From Blepharisma stoltei ATCC 30299 (lineage: Eukaryota > Protista > Ciliophora): DNA of 64,000 bases. Positions within the stretch are counted from its first letter, which is position 1. Every line of letters begins with the position of its first letter. Below the pieces are notes generated by a model. The model was not told the DNA's origin and searched no databases. It saw only the letters and a list, made by a program, of their open reading frames with translations. Made by a program: the position numbers and the translations under genes. This document shows positions 11,191 through 23,424 of the stretch, one piece after another. The stretch lies in contig CBFDEM010000036.1 of assembly GCA_965603825.1 (NCBI GenBank), forward strand, positions 558,001-622,000. The letters are read 5' to 3'.

Positions 11191-11964
11191 ATGGAGACAT
11201 CAAACCCTATGGCGACGACTTCGACAAGCACTTTCCGACTTCCAAATGTGAAGGATTCATATATTCTTACGAAAAATCATTCTCAATCATGCCATGATTT
11301 AGCATCAGCTTTAATTAATCCTAAAAGCAGTCTCTCTATTAGTTATACTAAAAATCTCAACGAATATCCTATGCCTTATACTTTTTCTCAAAAAATTCCT
11401 ACCAAAGAAGACATCAGAAAATACAACGAAGAATTTTTATCAAGCAAAAAAAAATGCCTTGAAACTTCCCCAGAGCCACCACTAGTAAAGTCTGAAAGAG
11501 TGATAAAGCTGCCTAGAATCAAGTTAAGTGAGGTCAGAAAAGGAATTTTTTCTGAAACAAATTGGCATAATAATGATGCTGAAGTTAATATGCCTGAAGA
11601 GCAAAAGGCAACGAGATATTCTGCAAGACCTGAAGGCCTTAATGAGTCTTGGAAAACTATCTTTCCCACAAAAGGACTGCCATATAATAATATTCCGAAT
11701 ACCACTAGTAAAAGATTTACGGTTATTGACCCGAAAAACGATATTGAGTTGTCAAATTTTATAGTAAATTCTACGAATGCGTTTAAAACAGAGTGGTCGA
11801 AAAGAAATGGTTTCAAAGACCGAAAGTTCTTTCCGGAGCTTCACCCTGAGTTTTTAGGGGTCACAAAAGACAATTTCAGAAAAAGGGATGATTTTGTGGA
11901 TTATAGGGAAAATATGCTGAAGGTTAAAGAAATGATGGGTGGAGCTTGGGGAACGAAAAAATAA
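11191..11964 (+). CDS. Hypothetical protein, 257 aa
   Basis: Long uninterrupted ORF with coding-like composition and a TAA stop; no family recognised. Confidence 0.75.
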   Translation: METSNPMATTSTSTFRLPNVKDSYILTKNHSQSCHDLASALINPKSSLSISYTKNLNEYPMPYTFSQKIPTKEDIRKYNEEFLSSKKKCLETSPEPPLVKSERVIKLPRIKLSEVRKGIFSETNWHNNDAEVNMPEEQKATRYSARPEGLNESWKTIFPTKGLPYNNIPNTTSKRFTVIDPKNDIELSNFIVNSTNAFKTEWSKRNGFKDRKFFPELHPEFLGVTKDNFRKRDDFVDYRENMLKVKEMMGGAWGTKK

Positions 11965-12491
11965 TTAGCTAATATATAGAAGGAAATATAATTTCAAATT
12001 CATATGGTATGTTAATGAGATTTAAATGTTAGCTATCAAGTCATTAAATTTAAAATTAATAAATGGAACAGAGAAGCTCTACTTGCATAATGTAAATTGA
12101 TGCTTAGTATTTAGATTAATGCAACAAAGCATGTTGGCCTTGCATGCAGGCTTTACAGAAAAAGATTTTTATTGATAAAATAAAAATTTATATTTTCTAA
12201 CATAAAGAGGCTTATATAGATATATCTTTAGGAAATATAAGTTGACTTAGTTTTATATTAACTGATATGTTTTCCATAAGTTATGCTTTTATGCTCCGAC
12301 ATTTCAGTCAAAAAGAAATAAAAGTAAAATGGTTACTCAGCAAAAATAAAAAACTCATCAAAATTTAAAACTTAGCCATCTATATCTAGAGTATCATGTT
12401 GGAATAAAAAGATTTATTATTCAATGATACAATTTCTTAACATAAAAAATTTATGTAAATTTAAGGTCTATTAACAATTAATTTATAAGTT

Positions 12492-12740
12492 TTAGTTGTA
12501 GCAGGTCGTATTTAATTTCATAAGATCTGCATTTCCTTCAGTGTCACTACAAGCTGAACTATGTACATTAGATTTTTTCCTTTTTAGGTATAACTCGTTG
12601 ATTTCTAGCGTCAGAATAGGTGCGTTTTTTACTTTTTTTACTAAAATTTCTCTCTTTTGCTTTACAATTGCTGCTTGTGATTTTTCTGATTTAGCTTTTG
12701 CAATTCTTGGTGTTTTTTTGGAAGACATGCAAGTGCCCAT
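12492..12740 (-). CDS. Small putatively myristoylated/palmitoylated protein, family member 1
   Basis: MGTCMSS N-terminus; KKVKNAPILTLEINELYLKRKK motif shared with two nearby paralogs. Confidence 0.8.
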   Translation of the reverse strand: MGTCMSSKKTPRIAKAKSEKSQAAIVKQKREILVKKVKNAPILTLEINELYLKRKKSNVHSSACSDTEGNADLMKLNTTCYN

Positions 12741-13349
12741 GATTTCTTTTCTAAAAAATAATGTGTATATGTAATTATAATGGACATATTGTTTTTAAAG
12801 GGAAATTCAAAAATATAGGGTAGCATAAAAACTTGAAAGTTAAATGTAATAAATCTCAAAGAGCATAACACTAAATTACTTCAATTGAAGTAGCAATATT
12901 TGCTAACAATATTTTAAAATTAAAATTAAAGCAATAAAAATTGAGCCAATAAATTGGTTAATTTAATTAGGGAATTATATAAAATATTATTTTAGTATGG
13001 AATAGAATTGAAAATGACTATTAAAATTCTAGAACCGGTAGAAGAGATAGTTAAAGATGGTTACAAAAATCATTCGAATAAAAAAAGGCTTATATTTTTA
13101 CTTTCATTCGTTATATTTAGCCACAGGTTAAAATTTATCCTAATAAAGCTCAATGAATATTTTCTTAATTTAAAATACAAATTAGAGAGCACATCTTTGC
13201 TCAGGTTGAGGCAATCACAAATAGTTATATTCAATCTAAATTTTTATTAAAAATTCTAAATTTCAGACCAATCTATCAATTTTCAGCCTTAATAAGCTTG
13301 TATATGCAAAAGTTTGATATTCATGGGAATTTACACTAATAATTTAAAA

Positions 13350-13631
13350 ATGGGTTCGTGCATTTCTCATAAAAAACACTACAGAGCTATTGGTGCAAAA
13401 ATTGCAACAGAACTTAGTGATCATGAAAGGCAATGAATTAAAATGCAAAGAGAAGCAGTTTTCCGGAAGAAAATCTCTCTAGCACCTATACTTAAGCTAG
13501 AATATAACGAATTATTAGCGAGAAGAAGAGGTCAGTTGTTTCAAACTAAAACTAATAGTACGATATCTGAAATCAGCGAAGAATTATTTAAAGGAGATAC
13601 AATGTGTCCGAGTACGCATCAATCCCCTTAA
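13350..13631 (+). CDS. Small putatively myristoylated/palmitoylated protein, family member 2
   Basis: ATG 13350 gives MGSCISHKK..., TGA=Trp at 13434-13436, then KKISLAPILKLEYNELLARRR. Confidence 0.78.
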
Positions 13632-15067
13632 AAGAGTATTTATAATTAATTAAAAACAATTTTCCTATTTAAACTTAAAGCGAATCGAATTACAGAAAAA
13701 ATGGGATTAGAAAATTTTATTTTTCTGGGATAAATATGGAAAACAAGCTCTATAAAATAAATAAATGTTTTAATTTCTTTTTAAGCAAAATTTTAGTTGT
13801 AAAATTGAATGCGGCACTTTTATTAAGATATTTAATAGCATTATGAATTTTCTTTACAACGAAAATATTTTAAATGGTTCATAATCTACTCGAATATCAT
13901 AGGAGAGCTGTTGAAAATAAGATCTTACCTGCAAGATAAGCATTATTAGTTTTAAATAATTGTTTAAGGGTCAAGATGAAAAAAAAACCTGAAATTTTTA
14001 AGTTTAGAAAAACCATTCAAAACGAAAATAGTGTCTTAAAAACCATAGTGCAGAAGGCCTATTTAGAAGAAAAACTCAAAATAAAAATTAGTAATATGTT
14101 GGCAAATGATGCTAAGATTTGAGAATATACAAATATTAATGATTCAATAGTAATATACTTTTAATTAGAACAAATATAATACTGAGCTAAAATTAATAAA
14201 TTTAGTTTTTGGCAGCGAGTTCTATGAACACAATATTTGCTTGAATAGAATCAAAACGTAAAGCATTTTAATATTTTAATATATATATAAAAAATTTGCA
14301 TTATTTTATTTAATCTTGTATAAGTTTTTTTCAAGAAAAATTTTAATTGATATAAATCCATTTTAGCAAATTCAACATTCATTTAAATCAAAAATTTATT
14401 ATAATATTTAAAATCATTATTTTTAAACAGAAGCACATTAAGAAAAAAATGCTTTCTACTGACTAGCTATATTAATAGGTTTACTCTTTTTGATTAATTC
14501 TTAAGAGAGCTAATTTTAATAAAACCATTTTATTAAATATAATTTTATTAATTTATTAATTTTTATTATTAGATTTAAAAATTCTTATATAATTTCTGAT
14601 TAGTTATGGTGTCTTTTTATAAGGCTTATTATTAAGGCTTATAAAGATTATTATCAAAAATTGATTTGGCTGAATCGAAAATGCCATAAATTAATTATCT
14701 AGATGCTCAAAACATGTGACTATACTAGTTAATAATTTTATAAATTTCTAATTTTTTTTGAAGCCTATGAAAGGTGCAAAGATCAATATCATCACATCCT
14801 AGAAATTACAGCTGAAAAAATATAACTAGAGTTTACTTTTCTTATTTAGATTCCTTTTCATTTTTAGTCAAATCCATCCATTTTCCTTCAACAGCCTGAA
14901 TTGTAAACGGATTTTTTTGTTTCGACTTACTTTTATAAAATTTATATAATTTACCAATGCTTTTACAATTATTCAAATTAGCATTTAAAAATGTTGCAAA
15001 ATCACTTGGGCCCGTATTAAGGCCAGTCGTTTCTAATTGACCGTAAATATTAATTTAGCTATAAGAA

Positions 15068-15355
15068 ATGGGTTCCTGTGTATCCTCCAAAAGCTATACA
15101 AAAGACACAAAAAGCTCTAGCAAAAAAGAAGAAAAAGAAAAGAAAAGCATTGCAAAGGAAAAACGAATTGTAATAGCTAAGAAAATCAAAAATGCGCCTA
15201 TCCTCAAACTTGAAGATAATGAGCTTTATGCGAAAAGGAAAAAGCCATATTTAGCCAGTCGTGTAAAAAGCGAACTCAGCACAGAACTTTGTGCAGAGCT
15301 TACAAAAATCAGCACAGCTTGTTTTAATGACAAGGTGTCCCCTTTATGTATTTAA
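15068..15355 (+). CDS. Small putatively myristoylated/palmitoylated protein, family member 3
   Basis: MGSCVSS N-terminus; KKIKNAPILKLEDNELYAKRKK motif. Confidence 0.8.
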   Translation: MGSCVSSKSYTKDTKSSSKKEEKEKKSIAKEKRIVIAKKIKNAPILKLEDNELYAKRKKPYLASRVKSELSTELCAELTKISTACFNDKVSPLCI

Positions 15356-15942
15356 AATTTTAATAGCTTGTATTTAAATTTCTTAAAAATATATATATAT
15401 AAATTTCAATTCATGAGGAGGTTTTGAGCATTTTGCAATATATCAAAATTCCTCTGATTTTTGGAAAAGGATCAGATTTTAATATTTTCAGTTTTCTTCG
15501 CAAATTTGATATCCATTTTCTTCTGGAAAAATATAGACAATCTAATTTGAATTAAAGTTTAAGGCAATTATTGACAATATTTGAGAATTTTACACATCAC
15601 TTCAGCAAGTTTATTCACCAGCTTTGTCCCAAAATTTCAAATAATTTGGAGAATTCTGTTTCGACTTTTTGGAGCATGAGAAATGAATCATAAAATTCTA
15701 TAAAGTTTAAAATCTCTGATATTATCATTGGAAAATAGCCTGCGTCAATTTATATTATAAAAAATATATTAGCTATCAGAATTTGACTTTATTTATGCTT
15801 TCTGTAGTTCTTAAAAAATTTAATACGATTTTCCCAAACAAAGAAAATTTTTCATATTGCCCCATTTAATAAAATTATAAATAAATATAGCATGCAAAAC
15901 AAACTTTACTAATCAGCATAGCATTTTAATATTAATTTAAGT

Positions 15943-18900
15943 ATGGATTGCATTTGCATAGGTAAACAAGAGTGCTTGGGAGCTGTAGCAAATAACAAAG
16001 ATTCTTATTTTATTCTATCAAAAGATTACGAACTTATAGAAATTGATATAGCCACTTCACATGTCAAAAATCGAGTGCAAGTTCCAAAGGAGAAATTAGG
16101 TGATAATTTGATTACTTTAAAATACAACCAGGAGCATATTTACATATTTTGGGGCCAGTCAGAATATTTAGTATTTCGACTAAACCCTCCAGAATTCCTA
16201 TTAGATGTAGAATGTGGTGGGAAAAAACCTTATATTCCGCATAGCACTGCATTTACAGATGATTTGATTATATTTTCAACCTTTTCACATAGCAATATTT
16301 ATATTCTCCCAATCTTTCCTCTCGCTCAGCAAGGCTTTTCTAAAAAGCCATCGAAATTGAAGATGACTTCAAAAGTTATTGCAAATCATGTGGTGGTTCA
16401 ACCTATGTCGTCTTTCTTAATCGCTGCTTGCAGTGATGGACTTATACGAGTATGAAATTATCAAACAATTGAAGAGTTTTTACCTATTATTGATAGTGGG
16501 ACTGATCAAAAAGCGAACAAAAAAATCATCAGCCACTTAATGAAAAAAAATATTTTACATCAAATTAATTGTTTGGAATTCAACCATAATGGAAGCAGAT
16601 TACTATCTGGAGATGATGCTGGAGTGATAAATGCATGAAATACAAGTGACATTACAAATTATTTACTAGACGCAAATATAAGAATTTCTGAGCAAGGAAT
16701 TTTAGGAGTATCGTGAATAAATGATGATAATTTTATAGGGCTCATAAAAGAAGGGACTTTAATTCTCATGCAAATATCTCAACAAGTTTCTGGGTAGCTT
16801 TTATATAGATCGACAAAGAGGAATTTGCCATCAAAAATTAAAATAGTCTCTCAAAGCTTATTTTCGATACCTCATGATGTAATTTCTTCATTCCCACGGC
16901 AAGAATTAAGGTGCCTATATTCACTATCCAATAATACAGTCCTGCTTGTTTGACCTTTTGATAACATGAAATACATTTTTCATTTATCTCTTATCAATTC
17001 TCAAAATGCATCCAATGGCTATCCAGCAATATGCCCAATGATTCAGCAGCCAATAGAATCTTTAATTACAAGCCCTATCAAATTTCCAGCTTACTTTTAT
17101 TTTATATCAAAAAATGATATTATTGAATACTCAGTTAAAGATGGAAAACAAAATTCGATAGCAAATTTACCTCCAGAACAAGCAGCTTATCTCAGCTTAG
17201 AATGTAAACCGAAAAGCGGGGGAAATCCTATAGATATTCTGGCAATAAAAGAAATAAAAGGAACTAAGTATGCTCATTTACTAAGGAAAAATGGAGCGAA
17301 TATAACTTCAAAACAATATAATGGAGTAGCCGGGTGCATTTTAGGGGAAGAAAATGAAATAGGAGAAAATTTATTAATTGTAGGAGAAGATAGATCTTCA
17401 GTGATTTTATATTACTTAGACGGCGATGAAGAACCTGAGAATTTCACTTTAAGTATGAAAATAAAAAATGTTTACTGGACTCCTCTTCAATATGGCTTCA
17501 GTGTCGTTTATGAAACTTTGCATGAGCATAGCATAAGGTTATCAAAGAGTGTAAGAACTGGTAGGACTGAAGATGTAGACTTAAGCGACAAAGACGTATT
17601 TAAGCTTACTTATGACGAAATTTTAACATGCTTAAAATGAGACAACGTCAATATTAAACTAGCTATAGGAACGAGTAAAAGAATTTGTATTTTAAATTCT
17701 GAGTTGCAGCCTTTAGAACAATGTATATTGGAGAAGCCTAAATGAAGTGTCCCAACTTCTGTATTTTGGTATGGAAACACATTGCTTTTTTCAAGGCATG
17801 AAGGAATTTACTATTATTCCAAAAGAATAAAGCTGTTGTTCCAAGTTTTAACACCTTCTATCATATGTGGAGCTTTAAACGATAGAATTCTATTAGCAGT
17901 CAAGTCAAACAACATAGAAATCCAAGCCCGACCAATCACGATGCTAGAGCCTCTAATCTCAGGATACATAAAGACTCATCCAGATGAAGAGAAAATCAAT
18001 AAAATTGTTAGAATGATGAACACTCCTCTAATTTCAGAGGATTTAATCAAAAATTTACTCGATTCAGGGTATTCAGAGGCAGCTTGGTTTTTAGTTGAAA
18101 ATTCAGAGTCAAGCTATGTATCTTTGCCTTTGAGGATAAAAATATTGAAAAAATTGAATTTGTTTGATGATATTTTAGATAAACTTTTACACAAGAAGTA
18201 CCTTGAAGATCCATATGAACTGAAACATTTTTTAGTTGAGTTTAATTCTGATCACAACTGGAAACTTGAGAAAAATCTTATATCAGAAATGGCAAAATAT
18301 TTTGAGGAAAGAGGACAGCTTTTAAAAGCTGCAAAGTGCTTGGAATTGACGAATAATTTAAAAGATCTTGAAATTTTACTAGCTCAACAAGGTATAAATC
18401 CTTCTCCTTACATCTTAAATTCTAAACAAAGTGTTTTTATAGATCCTCCTGGATTTCAAGATATTGATTTTCAGATTCAGCCTCCCAATTTGTTTCCTAT
18501 AAAGCTTGGCTTTGGAGAGTCTCCATTTATTCAACTAGCAAACAGCTTTGAAATTATTCCCACTCACTCTGATAATATCGGCCAATGGTTTGGCTGGGAT
18601 TCTCTCAAAGAATTTGAAAGAGCTGCACCCCAATTTATCGATCTCGCTTTAATTGAAGAAGAGAAAGGAGGAAACCAAGAGCTTAGCGAAGAGGAGGCTC
18701 TCGCCGTATATTTAAGATGTGACGAAGGTAAAGGCAACCAGCTCGGAAACGTAATGAATAGCAAAGCATATTTCATTAATGAAAGGATGTGGGGAGGAAT
18801 GTTAGATGAAGGAGACCCTATGGAATATGAAGATAAATGGGGAAAAAGATGTCAGCCAAATTATAGCTTAAGTTTTGTGATGGAAAGTAGACTCGTCATT

Positions 18901-19545
18901 GACGACTTGAAGCCTGACAAAAAATTTTCTATTGAGTTTTGGTGCAGCTTAAAAGCACTAGAAGATGCTTGTTTATTCAAAACTGGGACTTTCGAATGCA
19001 GAATTGATAACGCTGTATATAAGTGCACGAATAATGCTTATAGCTTAAAATTAATTGAGCCAAAACATGAGCAAGATGAAGAATTTCAACCAATTTTGCC
19101 GATAGTCGAAAATATTTGATTCCATACCTGTATAACTTATTCTACTCCAAATTTATCGATATACAAAAATGGCAGACTAATGTATACAGCTAATGTGGTT
19201 GATCTATCTATGGGAGATTCTTTCATTTTTGGTGGATTAAATGGCTACATCAGCGAAATCAGGATATGGAAAACTCAAAGAAAATCTGAACAAATAAAAG
19301 AAGTTTATAAATGTCCTCATGATATTTTGACCGAAAAAAGAAGGAAAAAATGGACCGCTATTAAAATCAATAAAAATGAAAGCGAAAATAAAGAAAAAGC
19401 TGCAGGATTATTACTGCCAAAGCCAGAGCAGCCTATAAAGTTGCAGGCGCCAAAATCATTGAAGCCTCCTGGCAGACTTTTAGCTCCTCCAAAAGCACCA
19501 GTTAAATTAGAAGAAAAAAGCAAATCCTTTGATGAAGATTCATAA
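15943..19545 (+). CDS. WD40/solenoid coat protein resembling the TSET/TPLATE-complex subunit TTRAY2/TWD40-2, with a C-terminal LamG/ConA-like domain (~1195 aa)
   Basis: Four same-frame ORFs join via TGA=Trp (LIRV-W-N, CLK-W-D, ENI-W-FH) and one intron. SVFWYGNTLLFS..ICGALNDRILLA..ITMLEPLISG resembles plant TWD40-2 as I recall it (SLLWVGPALLFS..GALNDRLLLA..LLEPLLIG). The C-terminus has FSIEFW, WFHTCIT and GYISEIRIWK (LamG-like). Confidence 0.7.
16794..16808 (+). other. 15-nt spliceosomal intron
   Basis: gtagcttttatatag; removes in-frame TAG 16795-16797 and keeps the frame. Confidence 0.85.
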
Positions 19546-19664
19546 TTTGAAGATTATTAATTTTAATCGGCTTCTATAATATTAAAGGATATTTTTAGCC
19601 AATAGATTAATGTATAATACATTATTATAATTACTACTCATTATGAATAATCATTATCTCTGAT

Positions 19665-20282
19665 CTATCCACAGCATCCTCCAGTTTTCGCAATAGACGT
19701 GCCTGATGTAACTTTCTGAGAAGTCGGAGCAAAGCTGTTATTATTCGTAGGTCTGCTAACGGAGACTGTTGAAAGAATTTTCTTTGACATGTTTTCAAAC
19801 GCTTGCTTCACATTCTGAGCGCTTTTTGCGGAAGTTTCCATATAATCCATCCCAAGCCTTTCTGCAAGATGCTGAGCTTCCTCTGGTTTAACTTGCCTTT
19901 GATTTGCTAAGTCAGCTTTATTTCCTATCAATAGCTTAGGCACTGAACTCTGCAAATACCCTTGAGCTTCTTCATGCCAGCGTGTAATGTTCTGGAAAGT
20001 TGTAGGATTAGTAATGTCGTACATAAGCATTATTCCTTGAGCTCCTCTATAATAGGATGCCACAATATTCCTGAAGCGGTCTTGCCCAGCTGTATCTCAT
20101 AGTTGGAGCTTGATTCTTTTTCCATTAACTGAGAGATTTGCAATTTTAAAGTCAACACCGATTGTAGTCTGAAATTCAGGACTGTACATATCATCAACAA
20201 ATCTTAGCAGGACTGAAGTTTTCCCAACAGCGCTGTCACCTATAATTAATATCTTGAAAAGGTGGTCGTATTCTGAATCCAT
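19665..20282 (-). CDS. Rab GTPase (Rab1-like)
   Basis: MDSEYDHLFKILIIGDSAVGKT..TIGVDFK..KLQL-(TGA=W, 20097-20099)-DTAGQDRF..YYRGA..GNKAD..ETSAK, ending in a GGCCG prenylation tail. Confidence 0.96.
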
Positions 20283-20412
20283 ATTATCTCTTAACAGATT
20301 ATATGGAAAATTGTAAAAGAAATATTTATTCCGAGAGGTGCTGACGGTTTGGTTTATGGAAGAATGCATTAAAATTTATTTAGCATAAAGCGATGGGAAT
20401 CTTTATTAGTAA

Positions 20413-22410
20413 TTATTTAGCTAATGTTCTCATTTCATTTATCGTCTTTAGAAAAGATGCTTTTTCATAAGTTTCTGGAGATTTTTCAATTGTGGAAATG
20501 ATATGCTTATAAATTTGGCCATCAGACATAGCAAGTATAGAACTCAGTATAAAATCTGGAGGTGCAATAGCATCAATTAAATCCACCGCGAAATTTCCAA
20601 TTTTATCGCACAGTTCAAAGATTTTATCTTTTATTAATTTTCCTTGTTCATAACTCAGGTACCTGACCATATAAATTTCTAAGTCTTTTCTGATTTTCTC
20701 TAAGGCATATAGTTGAATAAATCATTTAATCATTTCTTTTGTTTCAGAATTATCCAATTTTTCTTGGTCTTCTATAAGTGTGTTTATCATAAATATTTCA
20801 ATATAAGCTTTTGGCAATTCTTGCAAATAAAAAATCTGAGAATTATTCCATGTTTGGGAAATCTCTGAATATTTGCCAGCATTTTCTTTAATTCTTGCTA
20901 TAGCCTCGTGCAAAAGGTAATTAAATTTATATTCAAGCATGCTTACCAAACAGTCAATATTTTCTAGGTCCTCTAAACTGGAAAAGCTTCCCTTGAGTTC
21001 TTTTAGTTTTTCTGAATCAGGTATCATAAAGCTCAGGGTTGGAACAGTTATTCTTATTCCTTTAAAGTACTTTTGGAACTGCTTCAATATAAATCTTGCT
21101 GTCTGCTGCAATAAAACGTGATTGTCTCCTTCCCAAGTCACTTGAATGTCTTGATCATTTCTAATCCTTGCGAACTGAGAATATACTGAATACGCTAGCC
21201 CTCCACAGGCTTCTCTACAGGCTTGAATAGTTTCATTTGCGTACCAAGTCCCGACGGGCTTCATAGAGGCTAAAATTGCATGAATTTCTGTGATTTCTTC
21301 ATTTTCTGGGTCATTTAATATTTTTTGTTTTAAAGAAAGAGCCCAAGATTTTACTTTATGATAAGAAGAGATAAAAACAAAAAATTTCGCTAAATGAGGG
21401 AATATTCGATATTTTTGGGTCTGATATTCAATTACAGCAGATTCTGTATCCTTAACACCAGTTGATGAAAATTGTTTTCGGGTTGCTGAAAATCTTATAG
21501 CTATAGTTAATGACAAATGCATAGATATTGATGTGCTACCAATACAAGAAATTCTTCCTCCCATTAAGCTAAGTAGCATGATTCCTAGTCTTTTTTCATT
21601 GTTTTTTATAATGCTTTTGAATTTTCCTTCATTAGAGATATGGCTAATTCTGTCAAGAAGGGCATCATATGGGACGAAGTAATCCTTAAAAAGTATAAAG
21701 CCATTGTCAATTCCATTTAGACCATTTTTCATCCCACAGTCGCCAACAGTAACTCCAGGCATAGGGTCATGAGTTGTTTTATTTCTTATTCTGACTGCAA
21801 AAGCATGAACTCCTCTATTGACTCCTTCAACAAAAAGTTGAGCGAAAATGACTGCCATGTCAGCTGTTTTTCCCATTGCTCCTATTCACCATTTAGCACT
21901 TGTAGAGGTTGGGCTGTTCAAAATGAATCCGCGGGTTTTATGATCATAAACAGCTGTGGTTTCTAAGGCTGCCACATTAGTGCCATGCCCTAATTCAGTC
22001 ATCCCAAAGCATAAAATAAGATGAACCATTAATCTGGCTGCAAAAGACTGTGAATACAAATTCATGCCATGCAACACAGCCATTATATGATTGATATCAT
22101 CTTTATTATATGAAGGATTTGACAATATTTTCCCATAAGTAGCTAATATTTGGCGAAGAATTAGCTCACGATACTCAGGGATCGATAAATGTGTTTCTTT
22201 ATAATGGTCAAAAAGTGACTGTGATTCCATCATATAAGAAATCATTTCTTCAACTATAGAACTCCGTCCTCCATATATTAAATTCCTTAGAGAGCTTGAA
22301 TCAAAACTTGTTTTTTTTCTATATGAAGTTAAGGTGTCCGATATAGGAATCTCAGGAAATCTGCTTAAAAGATGTTTGGAAATAAGGGTCAGCCTTTTTT
22401 GTGGATCCAT
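20413..22410 (-). CDS. Peroxisomal acyl-CoA oxidase (ACOX3-like) with N-terminal PTS2
   Basis: CFGMTELGHGTN, AKW(W)IG, GDCGMKNGLNGIDNG, CREACGG and TWEGDNHVLLQQ motifs. TGA=Trp at 21886 and 20722. RLTLISKHL fits the PTS2 consensus RLx5HL. Confidence 0.92.
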
Positions 22411-23424
22411 TTATTAATAATTGTTGCTTAATTTAGTGATGTCATTAGTTCTTATTATTTGATTATGGTGATACACTAAAGATTAATTCTAGAAATACTT
22501 AGGAGTTTCTTGATAAATTCTTTAAAATCAGATAATTAGACAATTAGCAACTTGGTTTAGCAAGGAAAATAAGAGGATTAAATTAAACGCAACATCAAGG
22601 ATAAAATTTTAAATGAGGTCAATTAAATTTTTATAATTTTATAATGCACAAAAGTACCTAGAGAAGGCAGTGAATTTTATGGATAAGTTAAGAGGAAATA
22701 GAGCTCTGAACTAGGGAGATATTGCCTTTGAATTGCTTGAGAAGTCGGAGGCAACTTGAGATGAAAAAGAATCACTTAATTCTTTAAGTATTTTAAAAGC
22801 ATATGCTTTTTCAGTCATAAACAAACAGTATATACATCAATTATATTTCATCGAAATGGTTAAAATATAATTAAATTAATTTTATCATAGATTAAGACCT
22901 TCAGAGTTCAAATCAAGCAAATTTTTTTTTGTTTTAAAATTAAAATTAATTATCTCTACATTAAACATTTGCACAATCAGCTTAGAAGAGAGCATAGCTG
23001 ATGATTTCATATGTTTTTTCACATCGACTCGGTAAATAATTTTTTTTCTAATTTCTTTGAAAAATAAAATAATATACTTTGAATCTTAAGGAAAGGACGT
23101 TTAGTTTATCCTGATAATTCAGCAATTGCTTTCTAATCTTAAAAACATAAAACCTCAAAAAAATCTCATAGTAATAGTCTGAATCAGGTATAGCTTGATA
23201 GAGCTAATATTTACTTCTCCATTGCTATTTCATCAAGCTGTTACGCTTAATATGCTTTCAATATATTTTATTAATGCGAAGAACTTGAAAGCATGCATTT
23301 ATCGTATTTTACTTAGATTGCTCCATATGTCTTGTTAAATCCGCGTTTTATGCAAGACAGAATAACTAATTCGTTGACAAGGCTTTAAGTCGAGTTGAAT
23401 TTGGTTTATTTTGATGAATAATAA

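Noticed and set aside
13008-13250. 80-aa ORF with a TTG start
   Set aside because: AT-rich spacer composition, no motif, and it lies in the divergent promoter region of two microprotein genes.
13632-15067. Retained germline IES in the long AT-rich spacers
   Set aside because: No terminal inverted repeats or interrupted CDS are evident; this cannot be distinguished from ordinary intergenic DNA without MIC/MAC read comparison.
15400-15720. Short coding-looking frames on both strands
   Set aside because: All frames close quickly with TAA and no 15-nt intron rescues them; not supportable as a gene.
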